Positions 63,945 through 64,000 of a stretch of 64,000 bases of DNA are shown here, one piece after another. Position 1 is the stretch's first letter. Every line of letters starts with the position of its first letter. The notes under the pieces are model-generated. The model did not search any database. It was not told the DNA's origin and was given only the letters and a program-made list of their open reading frames with translations. The stretch comes from a virus. A program made the translations under genes and the position numbers. The stretch is taken from the IMG/VR virus record IMGVR_UViG_3300002461_001194, positions 11,204 through 75,203 of that record, one strand, 5' to 3'.

Positions 63945-64000
63945 GCCAATTCTCCAATTCCGCGAGTTGCATCCACTCACTCACAAACTAAACACTTGCG

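Noticed and set aside
63950-64000. Window ends joining into a complete circular genome
   Set aside because: Joining would stop the leftward gene at position 1 after about 62 codons, and no integrase or recombination genes are present, so part of the genome probably lies outside the window.

Overview
Nearly the whole window is one temperate, GC-rich phage or prophage of an alphaproteobacterial host (inferred from GcrA, an Omp25/RopB-type porin and a CtrA-like wHTH). Order: lambdoid immunity region (leftward early gene, CI-like repressor, Cro-like gene, matched PL/PR promoters); replication module (wHTH-HNH, O-like initiator with 11-bp iterons, split Zn-finger plus T7/Twinkle-like primase-helicase); accessory regulators (GcrA and paralogous HTHs, dNMP kinase, two HNH homing endonucleases, porin); a Q-position gene; an atypical UCA tRNA-like element; a solo TnpB; a small XRE-controlled leftward operon; a pre-terminase block of virion-like genes; a podovirus (T7/BPP-1-like) head-tail module; a 3933-aa polyvalent ejection protein; tailspike; lysis genes; and a 4.2-kb IS1-family cargo element (NYN, RosmerTA-like pair). 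No integrase, reverse transcriptase or CRISPR array was seen. Best candidate novel system: a RelA/SpoT-like toxin domain inside the giant virion protein, followed at once by a 75-aa gene nested on the opposite strand with its own promoter and SD, a probable hidden antitoxin. Family assignments come from motif recognition by eye; no database searches were run.
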